A DNA stretch of 64,000 bases from the human T2T-CHM13v2.0 reference genome, Homo sapiens. The position numbers and the translations under genes are program-made. Numbering within the stretch: position 1 is the stretch's first letter; the number at the start of each line of letters is the position of its first letter. The stretch lies in assembly GCF_009914755.1 (NCBI RefSeq), contig NC_060925.1, one strand, 5' to 3'. Of the stretch, positions 1-15,819 are shown piece by piece. Below the pieces are notes generated by a model that was given only the letters and a program-made list of their open reading frames with translations, was not told the origin of the DNA and searched no databases.

Positions 1-1387
1 GGAGCTGACCGTTAGTGCAGATGGGAAAGTGAAGCAATGGGTCGGGTCTGTTTGTTCCTGAGCATGTCCTGTGACAAAGGAAGTTGCAACATGTCTGTCT
101 GTCTTTCTCTCTCTTTTTCTTTTCTCCTTTCTTTTCGTTTCTTTCTCTCTCTCTCTCTTCTTTTTTTCTCTTTCTTTCTTCTTCTTACTTTTTTTTTTTT
201 TTTTTTTAAATAAAGAAAGAAGCAGGTAAAACCATCTTCCAGAAAATGCCAGAAAGAATATCTGGTCTGTGATGGGTGGTTCTTGCCCCTCCCGCTGCAA
301 TGCTTTTCCTGTGTAGTTTTTCTTTTGTCCTTCCTTTCCCATCCACACTTTCCACTCTCCTTTCCTCTGAGAGGTTGTGTCTCTGCAGCAGGCCAGCTAT
401 GTCTCCAAAGGGAAGTAGTCAGTGCTTGGACTGAGGGAACCTTGAGAGAGAATCCTCTCCTTTGTCCTCCAGGTGAGAGAGCTGTTGCATCCACTCACAC
501 CTGGAAGGTTGCTGGTCTCCTCTCGCTGGACACTGAGAGCTGTTTAAATTTGACAGGTGGTTCCTGATTCCCACCTGGCATTTTTTGCTGCTGCACAGGT
601 CTGTGTTGTGTCTTAGAAGGCTGAGGGAATACTTACTTCTCAACTCAGATAACCACCTTGTTGGTAGGTTCAGTGTGTGTCTGTGTCAAGGCAGATGCTG
701 GGAAAAAAGGGCCCAGAATGTGAGTGGGAGGTAGAAATCAAGGCTAGAAGACCACACATGTTAATCTGGAGTACTTGGTCAGGTTTGATTTTGGCCTGTG
801 TGCTATAGCTGGGCAAGAAGCCAGTTGTGTTTGGAAATGTACAGATGATCTATTTTCCTGATGAAACCTTTTGAGGTCTGGAATAAACATAGCTTGCTTT
901 CTCTCTTTCCCTCTTTTGAGATTCAATTTCTCTCCCTTGGACTTCTATACCCTAGTAGAGCCAAAAGTTCCAGTACAAACCAGTTTTGAGACTCCAGCAT
1001 TAGTCAACTAAGGGATGTTGTAGGTCATCCCTGAGAACGAGGGCTGCTTGCTCTGGGGAAGCTGGGAAATGGCACCAGGTGTCAGGCCCTGCTGCCCAGG
1101 ATGGGATGACAGCTGCTGGTGTTAATTACGTTTCTGGGCAGAACAGGGTAAAGTCCTTGGGGGTGAGAGTTTTTGTTTAGGCACTGTGTTCCCTGTACCT
1201 GTTGCCTCTGGTACAGCTGCTGCAGAGCCCCTCCTTGCCTGCAGTCTTCTTTGAATTTAATCTCCCTGTGATCCAGTGCATCTCTTCAGACTGGAGGTGA
1301 GCCCAGAGGAGTGGTGGAGGGAGTGGGGCCAGAATTTACTTGTTTGCCTGGATCCCACTGAGAATACAGAAGCTCTCTTTCACGAGA

Positions 1388-1586
1388 AGCTGTGCTGGCC
1401 TCTGTGGTACCCACTGGCCATATGTGACTATTAAAATTGAAATTAAGTGTTAATAACATTTAAAATTCAGTTCCTCAGTAGTGCCAGCCACATTTTAAGT
1501 GCTCAGTGGTTAGCTAGTGGCCACGGTTTTATGTGGCACAGATAGAGAACATTTTATCATCACAGAATAGTCTCTTAGACAATGCA
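1388..1586. mobile_element. MER3-like hAT-Charlie MITE
   Basis: aaaattcagttcctcagt...agccacattttaagtgctca...atagagaacattt resembles recalled consensus. Confidence 0.7.
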
Positions 1587-1736
1587 AGATTCTGAGATAA
1601 TTTTTCTAATCCTGGTAGACACTTAGCTGGAAGGGGATTTGAGGAAGGGTACAGGGAGAGGTTTTGAAGCCCAGGTGAGAGGGCAAGTAGAAGGTATTCA
1701 TTTAGAAAAGGATCTTAAAAAGTATTTAGTTTGTAG

Positions 1737-2013
1737 GGCCAGGTGCAGTGGCTCATACCTATAATCCCAGCAGTTCATGAGGCTGAGGCAGGCAAATTGC
1801 TTGAGCCCAGGAGTTCGAGACCAGCCTGAGCAACATGGGGAAACACTGTCTCTACAAAAAATACAAAAATTAGCCTGGCGTGGTGGCGTACACACATGGT
1901 TCGATCTACTCAGGAGGCTGAGGTGGGAGGATCACTTGAGCCTGGGAGGCCAAGGCTGCAGAGAGCCGTTATTGCACTGCACTCCAACCTGGGCAACAGA
2001 ATGAGACCCTGTC

Positions 2014-2044
<31 letters not shown>
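1737..2044 (+). mobile_element. Alu (J-like)
   Basis: Dimeric Alu with A-tail. Confidence 0.92.
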
Positions 2045-2049
<5 letters not shown>

Positions 2050-2094
2050 GTTCACCTTGTTGAGGACTACATCCTAAGAGATGGTCACCTGGCC

Positions 2095-2273
2095 CAGTGG
2101 CTCCCAAACCAGGATGATTGTTAGACTCACTTGTGGGTAGCATTTCAAGATACAGATTCCTGGGCACCACTCTTTGTGTCTAGTTGAATCCAAGACTCTT
2201 CAGAGGAGGTAACCTGGAATGTGCATTTTTAATGTGCTCCCCAAGTGATAATTATCTGGGTTTGGCAACCACC
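2095..2273. mobile_element. MER5A-like hAT-Charlie MITE
   Basis: cagtggctcccaaac...cagattcctggg...tgcattttt...ccccaagtgat...gtttggcaaccac. Confidence 0.7.
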
Positions 2274-5200
2274 AACCTATCATACCTGTGCTTAAATTCT
2301 TCCAATGGTAAGGAGCTTATCCCTTTTCAAGAAAACCTTACCATTAAGGAAAAATTTGCTGTTGTTAAAGTTCTATGTTTTTCGAATCTTGAGATTTGGT
2401 TCTTTGAGGTCATGAAATCCTTTGGTGCTCATTGCATCTTTAGAGCCTCGCAGAACCGTCATCTTCATCCTTGCACTCAGTCTTCAGCAGATATTTGAGG
2501 GCAGCTGTGGTGTGGTCCCTGCCACTCCAAGTCATGGCACGCGTCAGAGTGCTTGATCTGCCAAGGGCTCTAGGGAGATGCAGAGATGCAACATCATTCC
2601 AGGATCCTTCCAATTGTCAGGCCTTGCTGAGAGCCAGAGGAAAGGTCTGAATCTCAGTGGAGCCCTACAGGGACAGCCCAAGGGCCATCCAGCCGGTGAG
2701 GGCCATGTGTGTGTCTGCCTCTCTGCATCCTGCTCCGTAGGGAAGAGTCCCTGCTTCTTTGCATGTTAGCACTTGTTAACACCGACCTGGTTTTCTTCAG
2801 AGACATTGAGAGATTCAGCCATCCATTCCCGGTAATGACAGATGTCATTTCTGTTTAGAGACCTTCAGTAGCCTCCCTTCACTTCCAGTGTAAAATTCAA
2901 ACTCCTGAACGTGGCATTCAAGCAAGCTGGTTTGTCCTGCCTTCCACACTTTGCCTTCCAGGAGAGCACTCCTTCCCGCTCTGCCTTGCATTTATCTGCT
3001 TCCACATCTTCTCTTGGATCTTACATTTGCTTATCTTCAGTTTTTTCTGGTAGAACTGTATTTATCCTTCAAGGCTCATAATAGATTTTACCCCCTTACT
3101 CCCCTGCCCAATTCCAGGCAGAACTGCCTCCCTCCTCTGCCCTAGTGAGGGTTCATTCTGCCTGCATGACTGCTATGCACTCAAATTACAGCCCCCTGCC
3201 AGGCCCTCCCTGCTAGACCAAGCTCCTTGCGGACAAGAACTATGTCTTACTTGGCTTGATATCCCCAAGTGCAAGCAAGCACCAGTGCTGGAGCCTCCTT
3301 TTCCTGCATTGGCATTCTTACCCTCAGTGGCCCAGAGCTCATCAGCTCCAATGAGAAAAGTGCTACTTAGCAGCTGATAATTAACAGACAGGACGTGAGG
3401 TTTGGCTACTTCAGAGGCAAAACTGGTATTTAAACAATAAGGTTTTTAAAAATCAAGCATTAAAGTGTCAGCTTCAGAAGCAGCTACTTCCAAACATAAT
3501 CCTGCCCAGTTAGAGAAGACAAATGGAATAATGAGTGGAACCAAAGATTTCTCTCTAGCCTTGAGAAGAGTTCAGGGGAAAGAGGCCTGGGTGGCGTATT
3601 GGCAGGAGATTGGAAAAGGGGCCTTCATATTTCTTTTCTCTGGAATGGGGCTGGGGCTGCTTGGAGAGCAGGTGGGAGGTGCTTCCTTAGAAAGGGCTGT
3701 CTGTGTTCTCTTCCATTCCCAATTTCTATAGATTGGACTAGTTTTGCCAAGTGAGCAAGCAAGAAAAATTGGGAAACAGAGGGTAGGCATCAACCCTGGC
3801 ATTTATCCTAAGGTGATGCAGCACACACTTGTATTCAGCGATAGAGACTTTTCCGTAATGCCTGGTAATATCTCATTGTATTTTCTTTTGATGCTCCTGG
3901 GGGCAGGAGGGGAGAGCTGACATCAGAGCCTCCTCCCTTCTAGATCACAACCAGAGCATGAGGAATTCCCCAGCCCCTTGAGGTACCCAGACACTAACCA
4001 CAATCTCCATCTCTGCTGAAGGCGTTGTAAGAAACATGCAGGCCAGGAACAGTCAGTGGCTTCAGAGCAGGGGCAGCCTGCTAAAGAGGCAGAGGCTTCT
4101 TGTGAGGGCGGGGAGCTTGAGAGTGCCCTGCACCCCATCCTGGGGGAGGTGAGCATCTGCTTCTGGGTTCAGCTGCCTGCGGAAGTCAGTGGGAGACACC
4201 CTTTCAGGGTCTGCTTCATTATGAATGAAGCAAAAAGCCTATCCCAGGAAATCACAGAGGCTGATGGGTATACCCCAGGGTACACAGGCTATATTTTTCC
4301 AATCCAAAGTGAGGGTCTATCTGATAGTTTTTCCTGGAGTTGGGGAGGGGTCCTACTTTCAGATCCAAAAGAAAATCTGAGATATGTCATTTGAATATGA
4401 ACGCACTAGACTTTCTGGGAAATGTTGAAGATTTACGCCTGTCTGAGTGTCTCTCACTCGTTGTTACCTGTCCATTTGTTACCTGGCCCACGGATGGAGG
4501 AGGTCGGATGGGGTCTCCCAGGGTCCCCTTGCTGGGCACGCTTGGCAGGCATCCTGCTTTTCCTTTCAGGTTGCTGGAATTAGTGGTGGTGGTGGCTCAG
4601 CTCACCCAGACCATGTGTGATGGTTATGGTGGTGACTTCTCACTGACTGCTGATGTGTACAGTACATTGAAAGCAGTCACCCAACTTCCTTTATAGCCGG
4701 ATACAAAACAGTGCCTGAGGTCCAGGGTCGGGGAGGACTTGATGAGGGAATAAAACCAGCCGGCTCATCTAGGGGCTGATATCTGTCCGTGGTGACATAA
4801 GCACACATGATCTGCAGTCAAGGTTGACTTGAGGGTGTGCATGGGTTCAGTCCCTTTTATGAAGTCTAATGGTCCTTCCAGAAGCTTCATCATCATTTGA
4901 ACTGAATAAGTGAAGATGAGTGCACCACAAGTGTGTGTGTGCACTTCTTAATCTGTCCATTCATCTGTTCACTGCAGGCTTATTGAGGGAGAAACATGTA
5001 AGCAAGGTATTTCTTGTGTACTCCAAGTGGTAGGAGAGCTATGTTCAGGGAACTGGGTGAACTTGGAAGAAGGAGCCGCCCGTTTCTCCAAGTGCAGCGC
5101 CAGTCCCGAGACACTCTGTGATCATCTAAACTGGGGAACAGTCTGCAATGCACATTACTGAATTAAAAGCTCTGAGAAGTTCTACAGTGAAAGAATCTGT

Positions 5201-6301
5201 TTAACTTTGTTTAACCTGGTGCTTCTGCCATCTATATGACCCCTTTTTACTTAGCACTTATTAACATCCTACGGAATACTATTTGAGAAATGGCAACAGC
5301 CCCCCTTCTCTGGGAGAACTGTTCAGTGATTCAGAGCAAAAGTCACCTGACTCTGGGTCAGCACAAGTTGGAGAGGTTTGAAAAAGGTGTATGTATGTTT
5401 GCATGTGTATGTACGGTGGGTTGGGGGGAGGGGTGTGGCAGAGGAGGGGCCCCGGCAGGTGGCTTCTATTGAAATCAGCTCTGTCTGCCTCCCTGTTGGC
5501 TTTGTGCTTCTGGAGAAGCTTTTGTCCTGGCATGAAAACACTGAATAGCAGCTGCATCTGTCATGCCTGGGAAGCAGCAATGTGCAGCATGGGGTTGCAT
5601 GAGTAGACACTCCTGCTGGAGGGCCAGGCTGCCGAGAGTGCCTGGGTATTGGACAAGGGAGAGGCTGGTGATTCTGAGGCAGCTGCTTGCTAATCCTGGA
5701 AGCAGAGGGGAACAAGATTTAGCTCCCTTATCTCTCTGCCTTCTCCTTTCCGATGGGTGCAATTGTGTTGACTCTTGAGGGACAGCCAGGAAGAAGCAGG
5801 TGGGCTGGATGCTTTCTCCTTTCTCCACCAACCCAAGGGCATCTGGAGGGTGGACCAGGGCAGAAAGGCGATTAGCTCTCCGTTACCCAGGGAGCTGAGA
5901 CAAAGGCATTTTGGGTTAAATTCAAGGAGGAATTCAGAATTGTGAACTGGATTTATGGAAGTTTTTGGAGTTTGAAAATTCGAGAGTCCTGGCTGGACTT
6001 GTGCTTGGAACGTTGGTCGGAGGTGGATATGAATGATGGGTCCTGCAGATGGCCGACTCCTGAGAAATGACTGGGAGGCTTTACTGGATTTTTCGCTTGG
6101 AACAAACCCAGGCTTAGGGAATTCCCGGAGCCTGTTGCAGGCCTCAACACCCTTCTGGTGCAGCTTCGCTGTGAGGCAGTGGTTATTTCTCAGGAAACTG
6201 GCAACTGGGAGTAAATGGGAGTGTGGGGTGGGAATCAGCTACTCTTCCTGAGGATTATACACTTCCAGTGTAATTAAGGCGGGGTCAGGATTTCCTATCT
6301 C

Positions 6302-6348
<47 letters not shown>

Positions 6349-6351
6349 TTT
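6302..6351. repeat. (TTTA)n microsatellite
   Basis: About 12 pure units. Confidence 0.95.
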
Positions 6352-7031
6352 GCTTAATCTTAAAAGGCTGCTTTTCCCCTCCTGGTCTTCCCACAGGGAC
6401 AGGAGTTAGTCTGTTCCCAGAAGGAGCTAGGGGAGGTGTCCTTCATCTCCCATTCCTTCTTGCCCTCTCCCTGCCTTTCCCTGGCCACAGCCACAGAGAC
6501 CCAGAGTCACTCAGATGGGGGAGGAGCAAAGCCAGTCCCTCTGATCATTGCCTCTTTGTTAGTGGAGAAAGGGCAGATGCTGCTCTGCAGTTATCCCGAC
6601 CACCCTGCAGGACGTCTGGGTGGGCCGGGCTTTGGTTTGGGAATCGGGAGTATTAGCTGCAGCTGCCAACTGGGCTTGTACTTGCAGACTCCCAGGCTCC
6701 AGGCTCTCTGGAGGGGACCAGCAGCTCTGACCCCCGTGGGCTTGCTGTGGTCCCCAGGGAGCAAGCCCTTGCCAAGAACCTCTGAGCTCACCGAGGCGGG
6801 TATGGGGTAAGGATGGAGAAGGCCTGGGGAGCAGAAGTGTGCAGATGACTCCCTCCTTCCCCTCAGCTGGGTATGCATCACCGCTGCTGGGAAGACGTTC
6901 AGGCCACTTCTAGACAAATCGGTCATGATGGAAATTTTTTCTTGCCCGTGGGTGGGGCTTTACTTGTTCAGAAGTGGCTTCAGATGTGCTCTTTCTAGGT
7001 CCTGGCTTGAGTGCTGAGCATTTACCTGCAG

Positions 7032-7127
7032 CCCCTCGGGGCTAGAAGGCAGGGCAGTGTCTGAGCCCCTTCCCTACCCCTTGGGGCTAGAAGGCAGGGC
7101 AGTGTCTGAGCCCCTTCCCTACCCCTC
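7032..7127. repeat. 45-bp tandem duplication (2 copies, 1 mismatch)
   Basis: cccct(c/t)ggggctagaaggcagggcagtgtctgagccccttcccta at 7032-7076 and 7077-7121. Confidence 0.95.
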
Positions 7128-8529
7128 ATTCATTCTCTCCCCTCACCTGTCATTCCATCCGTCAGCCCCGAACAGCTTGGCAGCCTTGCGGCTCCAGCTG
7201 GAGCTTAGTAGGCATGTAGTTGGAGGAGGGAACGGCACTGCAGCCGCGCTCTTCTCTCTCCCACAGGTCTTCTTCTTGTTGGGCCTCCACTTCCTGTCAG
7301 GGCCCTGCTTGCAGCTGTGGCACATCTGGACCTAGACGGGGTATCCTGTTGTCCTGCATGATGAGGATCCCAGATTTCCCCTAGGTGATGACCACAGTCA
7401 TTCCAGGGTGGGAGCAGGACTTCCCCCACCCCCAGGCACTCCAGAGACTTCCTCCAGGCCCCCACTAAGTAGTCTGTTCCCAACTCCATCTCTCCCCCAT
7501 GGAGAATGGTGGGAAGGAAGTTCTGCCAGAGGTTGTTTTTGGTTTGTGAGGTAATAGACTTTGGTTTGAGAAACATACATCTCTCCCTCTTCTTTAAGAT
7601 GTGAAGCCAGAAGCACCAGACTCTGGTTTCCTTGGAAACCAGAGCAGCAAAGGTAGAGAAAAAAGGGGCTGGTTGTAGGCACTGAAATTGGGGAGGATTC
7701 TCTGGATCCCAGCACTTTTCTGGGGAATCCACATGGTCTGCCCTGGGCCCTGGGTTGTAGCCCTCACTGTGTTAATGGACTGTGTAACCTTGGTAAAATG
7801 CCTGCAACTCTCTGCACCTTAGTTTCCGCCAAGATGCCTAAGGTGGGGAACATGTTGGCTCCACTCAGATTCTGTGCCCCAGAGACCTGCTGGGTGTGTG
7901 TGGGGGTTTGGGGGTAGGGCATGGGGCTCCTGCTCACTGATTTAGCATTTGCTGTGGCTAAACTACAAAGTGGACAGTCCACATGGAGACAGTTGAGAGC
8001 TACTTGCACCCAGGTCCTTTCTTTGAGAATACAGTGATGTAACAGGAGACTTCTTGCATTTTGCCTATGTGAAACCAGCTGGATTTTGCTGAAGCTGTAA
8101 TTGTGTCTCTACATTCTTTGATTCCTGTCTAAAAAAAATGGTTTCCACAAATGCTGTGAAGAATAGACTGACAGAGCTGGAAAGCGTTAAGTAGGGATCC
8201 TTTAAACAGATCCCTACATTGTACATTGATCCCTTCAACCACAGCCAGAGAGGGGCAGGGACTTACTTGCTCTGATCACACAGTCAGAACAAGAACTAAC
8301 AACAGTAAAGGTCTGGGTAGCAGCCTCACATATGCTAAGATTCCCTGTTGGCTAAGTTTGTCTGTTCCCAGGTCACCCTGGCCTTTTGCAATTCTGCCCT
8401 CCGCAGGCCCCTGTGTTGGCTGAAACCAGCCCTCTTCTTCCCCTTGCGCTTTCCTCCTGTGACCTCCCAGCCACCTCTTGTTTCCCCTGTGGTGTTCCCC
8501 ACCTGTTGTTACTTCCTATTCCTCCTCAC

Positions 8530-9330
8530 AACTTTTTATTATGAAACATTTCAGATGTGCAGCAAACTGGAAAGAATTGTACAGTGAACATGATTATACC
8601 AAACCACCTAGATTCAACCATTAGCCTTTTACTATGTTTACTTTATCATGTCTCTACGTGTTTCAATCTCTCTATCCATTGACCAGTCCATCTTATTTTG
8701 GGGATGCATTTTGTAGTAAATTGCAGACATCAATGTACTTTACCCCTAAACATCTCAGCATACATAGGCATTAATTTGAGTTCAATATTTGTTCATGCAT
8801 TTTTTTGATGATAATATTTATATTAACAGTGAAAAATGCACAACTCTTAAGGTATCACCTGATAAGCTTTGATAAATGCCTCTATCTGTGCAACCCAAAC
8901 CTCTGTCAACTATAGAACAAAAAGTTTTATTACCTAATTAATTCCCTCGTGTTGTTTCCCAATCATCCCAACACATACCCCCTCGCAAGTGATCACAGTT
9001 CTGATGTTTTCTCACTGTAGATTAGTTTTGCTTTTTCTGGAACCTCATATAAATGGGATAATCAGTATGAACTCTCCCTTTTGTGTGAATTTCATCTGCA
9101 TGGTGACATGTATCAGTAGTTTGTTATGCTGAGCAGTATTCCATTGTATAGATATGATAAAATTTGCTTCTCCATTCCCCTGTTGATGGACATTTGGGCT
9201 GTGTCCAGTTTTGGGCTATGATGAATAAAGCTCCTGTTAACATTCTTGCACAAATCTTGTTGTGGATGTAATGTTTTCATTTCTCCTGGGTAAACAACGA
9301 GGAGTGTGATTGCAGAGTTACAGGAGGCTG
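8530..9330 (-). mobile_element. Old L1M (L1MC/ME-like) 3' fragments
   Basis: gtattccattgtatagatat...tgttgatggacatttgggct.t.tccagttttgggcta. Confidence 0.7.
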
Positions 9331-9927
9331 TTACTTATTGTTCCTATCTGACTCTCTGCCCTGCCCTCTCATTGTACTGTGCACCCAATTATTTTAGGAC
9401 TGTTATCACATCCAGTCCCTCAGTTGCTCCTTCAGGGTTTCTCTTCTTCCGGCAATTCACCCTAGTTTATTGAACTGTTGCTCTTATGTTATGCTCCTCA
9501 GATCTTTTATATCCTGGTTGTCCTCCTCTGGAAGTATAATACTCTTTTACAGATGTGTTGCCCAGAACTGAGTTCTCGCTGCTCGATGTGATCTACATGT
9601 GGATTCTAGGTATGGGAGAAATATAGAGTGTGGGTGCATTTGGATCCCTGTCTTGAGCTAGGTACTTGATCTGTGAGCTGAAGGAAATATTAACTTTTTG
9701 GCAGCCACGTCATGGCATCAGATCAGATGAGTTAATGTTTGTAAAAATACCACAAATCTAAGGTCATATTAAGATATCCATTCAGCTTGAAGTCAGTCCG
9801 AGCCTCTGATACTAATGGCATTTATTATGAACTTTCTACTTGCCATTGTGTCATTTAGTTTTTGCCTACCACTTGGTGAGAAAGGTACTATTCAAATTAG
9901 CTTAATAAAAACTCCTTGATTTAAAAC

Positions 9928-10158
9928 TAGGGTACTTAGCTTTGGCACTGTTGACCTTTTGGACCAGATAAGCCTTTGTTTGTTGTGGGGGATTGTCCTG
10001 TGCTTTGTAGGAGTTAGCAGCATCCCTGGCCTCTACCCACTTGATGCCAGTTGCAACCATCTATCTACCCATGCCCCCAAGTTATGACAACAGAAAATGC
10101 CTTCAGACATTGCCAAACGTCCCCTGGGGGGCAAATTAACACCAGGTTGAGAACTATT
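9928..10158. mobile_element. MER20 hAT-Charlie
   Basis: ggcactgttgac...ccagataa...agcagcatccctggcctctacccac...cagacattgccaaa...ggttgagaac. Confidence 0.85.
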
Positions 10159-10270
10159 CCCAAGGTGTAGAGCTTAGTCACCGAGAAAAAATTTAAACAA
10201 TATAGCTCTTCCTGAAAGGTAATCACTGCCAGCTCTTTAGCATATATACTTACAGATTATGCTCTTTCTA

Positions 10271-11302
10271 TGGACAGTCCTCATTTTTCATGGTTCTAAT
10301 CTGTGTGAATTTCAGTTACTATGGTTTGGTTAAATAACATCAGTCCTCGAAGAATTTGGCTCAAATTTGAGTTGCCAGGATATATGTATTACAAGTAACT
10401 GCATGCAGTACAAACTTTGCTGTTAGCTCTTCAGTCCACAGATCACTATGTACATAACAGATGCTCTTCATGGTCACTGACTAATCATGTTTCTTCTTGA
10501 AGAGTCTTTTGGTGATTGGTCACTGCCTATCTGTTCACTTCACACGCAGACAGGAAAGTGTGTAGTTGTGTTGCCTCCCTGTCTCCTAGTGAGAAACTCG
10601 TGACATTTTACAAAAATGGACAATTGATGAGGGAATTGGCCAAGAAAGATGAAATTTCAAATGAAATGTGGTAATGCTGGTAGTGAATTTCAAGCCAAAC
10701 GTAATGGAATTATATAGACTAGATAGCTGACTGTGGGAATGTCAACACTGTCACTGTTCAAGACTACATATACAGCCTGGGAAACTCAGTGAAGGTGGCA
10801 TGTCAGCATAAATGAGGAAAGTGGTTTGATGAAAAGGATGAAGAGGTCCCAGAGGAGGTGACACTGCAGAAGGAAACTTCACATTAAAGGCACCTTGAAG
10901 ATATTTCACAACATCGAAAGTGCAAAGGATAAAACGTTAGAAGCAGATCCAAACTTAGAAAGGAGTATGACAATTTGCAAAGGCATATGAAAGATACTCA
11001 TTCCATATTGGATGTTAAACAACAAGAAGGCAAGTGCTGTTCAAATTACTCTGGATAAGGTTTTTACAAAGCAATAAAACACTCATTCTCAGTGACTCTA
11101 ATGTTTTAGAGTATACACAATAAATAGTTTTACTGTTTTCTCATTTCCTTATTTATAATTTGACAGCAAGAGAGTTTTTAATGTTTTGACTGAAATTTTT
11201 AAATGTCGTGGAAAAATCATAATTTTCCTCATTGGTGATTAGGGTTGCTTTGCATGGTCATTTTTATGGTTCCGCATTACTGTGCAAAGCAAGAGCTGCC
11301 TG
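10271..11302. mobile_element. TcMar-Tigger non-autonomous element (Tigger6-like)
   Basis: TA-flanked degenerate TIRs (tggacagtcctcattttt ... gcaaagcaagagctgcctg); Tigger-like interior. Confidence 0.65.
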
Positions 11303-11431
11303 TATTTACAAAAAGTGTGGGTGAATACACATGCACACATGCACACACCATGCTTTTTCTCTTTTTAAAACATTTTACAAAATGGGATCAGACTATATGT
11401 ATCAAATTACAACTTGCTTTTTTCATGGAAG

Positions 11432-11742
11432 TTTTTTTTGTTTGTTTGTTTGTTTGTTTTTGAGACACCATCTCTCTGTCGCCCAGGCTGGAGCGCAGTG
11501 GCGCTATCTCAGCCCACTGCAACCTCCACCTCTCGGAGTTCAAGTGATTCTCATGCCTCAGCCTCCCAAGTAGCTGGTACCACAGGTGCGTACCACCACA
11601 CCCAGCTAATTTTTGTGTTTTTAATAGAGATGGGGTTTCGCCATGTTGGCTAGGCTGGTCTCGAACTCCTGACCTCAAGTGACCCACCCACCTCGGCCTC
11701 CCAGAGTGCTGGGATTACAGGTGTGAGCCACTGTGCCCAGCC
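11432..11742 (-). mobile_element. Alu (S-like)
   Basis: Antisense Alu with (TTTG)n tail. Confidence 0.92.
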
Positions 11743-11799
11743 AGAAGAATGTATTTTTGAAGAACTTTTGATTTCAGTATGTCTTAATCTACCTCATTC

Positions 11800-12136
<337 letters not shown>

Positions 12137-12863
12137 TAGTTTATTTCCTTCTGTCCCCTAATTTGAAATAATGCTAAAGTGAATATTTTTGATGGATACT
12201 ATCATAAACTCCATTTAATCGATGAGTTCAATGGAGATTTAGAATGTGAAGTAACTGGCTAAGGTCAGGCAGCTACTAAGCTTTAGAGCTGGTGTTTGAA
12301 CTTGGGGCAGTGTAATTTCAGAGCCCTTGCAATCACAATGCTTTACACCTTCTCTTCCTTGTTCTTAGAAGCAGCTTTTAACAACGACAACAAATAATAA
12401 AAAAAAGATCTTACTGAGTCAGGTACAATTCTAAGTGCAATTATATTGTTATTATTCACTAAATAACAACCTGCGAGTTAGATAATGTTGTTATCCCTGT
12501 ATTACAGTGAAGGAAACCGGAGGTATAAGAAGGTTAGGAAAGGTGCTCAGGGCCCACAGCAGTTTAATGGAGGAGCTGGGACTGCCCCCATGCAGCCTGG
12601 CTTCAGAACCTTGGCTCTCATTCATGTTATAAAGATGTGACTAGAGAAAAGTCTCTTTCATCCTGTGCTGTTGAAGATGGGTTTTGTTGTTGTTGTTGTT
12701 GTTAGTTTTGGCGTATATTTTCTCCTACTGTAATCTTTTAAAAATCTACTACCTAGCACAGACTGCCTCTCCCATTGTTTTCTTAGGGGGTGTCACTTGG
12801 AAGTTTGATAAGCTTACTGCCTACTATGTCTTTAGTCAGCTTGTTGGTAAAATATTAATACTA

Positions 12864-13224
<361 letters not shown>

Positions 13225-13772
13225 TAGGTTTGCCACTGAAGTTGTTCTTTGGGTTTAGTCAACAAGTAGATACTTATTGAACACCTCCTAAATGCCATGT
13301 ACCGGGTCTAGGATTTGAAATCAAAAGATGAACAAGACATTGTCCCAGCTTCCAAGAGGTACATGGTCCACAGTGAAAAGAGAAACCGTTTTATAAATCC
13401 CACTGGTGAGTGCTGAAGTAGGAGTTTAGCAAGAGTCTGTGGGCACAGAGAGGCAGAGGGGCTGACTCTGCCTGGAAGTGGTCAGAGAGGCTTCACAGAG
13501 GAGGTGACATTGCCATGGTTCTTACAGACGTGAAGTCATGACAAGGCCTGGCTTGCCTGAGGTCAGGAAGTGCATTGTAGCTTCAATATAGGGGATGTGT
13601 TGGGAGGTTAGGGTAGCGATGATGTGGATAGGAGCTAGGGAAGACTAAGTTAGGGAATTTGGATTTTATCATGTCAGCCAGTGGAGATGTTTAAGGAGGA
13701 AAATGTCCTGCTCAGCTTTGCCTTTCAGCATGTGACCCAAGATGTACTGGGATGGAGTACGTCTCCCTTCTA

Positions 13773-14231
<459 letters not shown>

Positions 14232-14696
14232 TCAAGATTTATATCTGGGAGCCTGGCTAGATAGTGATGTCATTGCCGTTTACTGAGATCCGGGAGCAAA
14301 TTCAAAGGGGCCGTGAGTTCAGTTTGGTGCCTGTTCAGCAGCCTGTCCTAGATCCACCAAACAGCACTTTATTACTGGCCATTTATAACAACTGCAAATA
14401 TTATCTAAATGCTTTGTCATCTCACTGCCTCCTCCTTTGTCATCCCTAAGGTCTGGGCAGGAGACTGTGTTCATATACTTCATAGAGGTCCAGACCCCTT
14501 GCGTCTGGCATTCCTTTGGTCTATAATTCAGTAAACTCTGCTAAAAAGGAAACGAGACTAGCTTGCTGTGGCCTCTTAAGCGACCCAGGGTAGCTTGTGA
14601 TGGTTCAGATTATGATTTGTTCTAGAGCTTTTCCAGAGGCAGATGTTGAGGAGTTTATCCTATTTGTCCCCTTCCCTTTAAACAAACAAAAGTGCC

Positions 14697-15034
<338 letters not shown>

Positions 15035-15819
15035 TCATCATAGTTTATTAACAGTTTTGTTTACATATTGCTTCTTTTTCCCTCTTGGCTAGACTGTGAA
15101 CCTTGAAGCCCTGTGAGCTTGGTCTAGTGCCTGGAGCATTGTGGGTACCAGGTTTCGAGAGAATGTGTGCTGCCAGAAAGCAGATCTTTGCCACCTCCTC
15201 TCCCCTCAGCTCCTGAACCACTGCCAGCAGTGGTTCTGGAATCAACCTGTACTTTCCTTCTGCATCCTGGGATGTAATTCTGGGTGATTGTAAGTTGGTT
15301 TATGGTCTAGCTTAGAATTGAGGCTTCTCTTGAGAGAGAGCATGTGTGTAAATGTTTAGCTTGTTCTAGTCTGTGGAGCATTCTCCTTCATAGAAAAGAT
15401 GGGAAATACTGGAGATGAAAATTCTCCATTCTCTGTCATTTTGTGTGTTAGAGTCTCTGTCCCCATCCCAGGGCCACTTCCTCCCTGGTTCTTCTTATGG
15501 CTTTGGATGTAGCTTGAAGACATGCTCCTAGCATTTTCACAAGCTCTGCTTGTTGTGTTTAGTGAGCGCAGACTACTCCCTTCGGGCCTGTCCTGGCTCA
15601 TGGGCAGTTGCTCGTGTCTTTGCACACATCCTTTACTGTCTCAGCTCTTCACTTCTCCCTGACATTTGTGGCTGCCTCCTCCTGGTTTCTTCTTTAAGCG
15701 ATTATTGTGTTTTAGATGATCAGAATTCACTTTTTAGAGACTTGGACCTTGTCTTTCAAAATGCATTCCCTTTTGGGATCTCTGCCCATCATACTCCTTG
15801 GTCTCAACATCTAAATATT

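Noticed and set aside
100-215. CT-rich tract plus poly-T as a possible retrocopy tail
   Set aside because: No adjacent retroelement body, poly(A) signal or TSD was identifiable.
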